Shown here: positions 63,690 to 64,000 of the stretch, piece after piece
Numbering within the stretch: position 1 is the first letter of the stretch
Layout: each line of letters opens with the position of its first letter
From: Octopus sinensis
Taxonomy: Eukaryota
Length of the DNA: 64,000 nucleotides
Direction of reading: 5' to 3'
Assembly: GCF_006345805.1 (NCBI RefSeq)
Contig: NC_042997.1
Location: 143,282,001 to 143,346,000, forward strand
The notes under the pieces: generated by a model
Seen by the model: only the letters and a program-made list of their open reading frames with translations
Told to the model about the DNA's origin: nothing
The model's database searches: none
Made by a program: the position numbers and the translations under genes

Positions 63690-64000
63690 TGATGATGATG
63701 ATGATGATTAATGCTCTGATGCAGTACCAGGCAGAGGTTCTCATGGCTTTTGATCTAAACTGATTGGAAGTGTTACCATGTACATTGTTTTGTATAAAAG
63801 ATGAGCTACAGCAAATATTCTGTTCAATACTGCAGATTTGCTTGTCAGTTGCTTGACTATAATCAGTTGAGCATATCTTATAGTGGCCGACAATATATGA
63901 ATCTCTGATCATGAGCAGAAGCGATGGGAGATCATCATAGCCATGTGTTGAGAGAAATTCTTTGGGGTTTGAATAATACACTTCTGGAAACATGGGTGTT
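63690..64000 (-). mobile_element. Copy of the 5835-6700 family, cut by the window edge
   Basis: ctgatgcagtaccaggcag...gtggccgacaatatatgaatctctgatc...ggaaacatgggtgtt. Confidence 0.8.

Overview
AT-rich, repeat-dominated animal genomic DNA. The SINE families present point to an octopus/coleoid cephalopod (inference from recognised repeat sequences, not from a search). I cannot support any host protein-coding gene: almost every ORF in the supplied track is a microsatellite or SINE artefact. Real coding homology is limited to transposon remnants: a Ty3/Gypsy integrase (14.1-15.3 kb, -), two CR1-clade LINE 3' ends (27.2-28.1 kb with an open RT frame, and 32.5-33.0 kb), two RTE 3' ends, two mariner fragments, an RLE-endonuclease HERO/R2-group LINE (39.0-39.9 kb, -) and a Merlin/IS1016-type transposase (42.3-42.5 kb, -). 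There are dozens of tRNA-headed SINEs, which I label A-D, and (GAT)n-tailed RTE-type short elements, which I label R; these are working labels. By eye the window has three compartments. The flanks (1-40 kb, 56-64 kb) are CpG-depleted and SINE/LINE-rich. The middle (~40-56 kb) is CpG-richer and packed with inverted-repeat elements. Best leads: (1) a set of GG-terminated MITEs with 8-bp TSDs and TTAGGG cores next to the Merlin relic; (2) a 503-bp element with a perfect 9-bp TSD, octamer+CCAAT motifs in both TIRs and an ATG+splice-donor cargo; (3) a minimal type-I hammerhead ribozyme in a Penelope-like end; (4) a 310-bp fold-back with a spacerless core; (5) a non-coding minus-strand exon that could splice into the HERO relic. 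Coordinates were counted by hand and repeat boundaries are approximate (about +/-10 bp).
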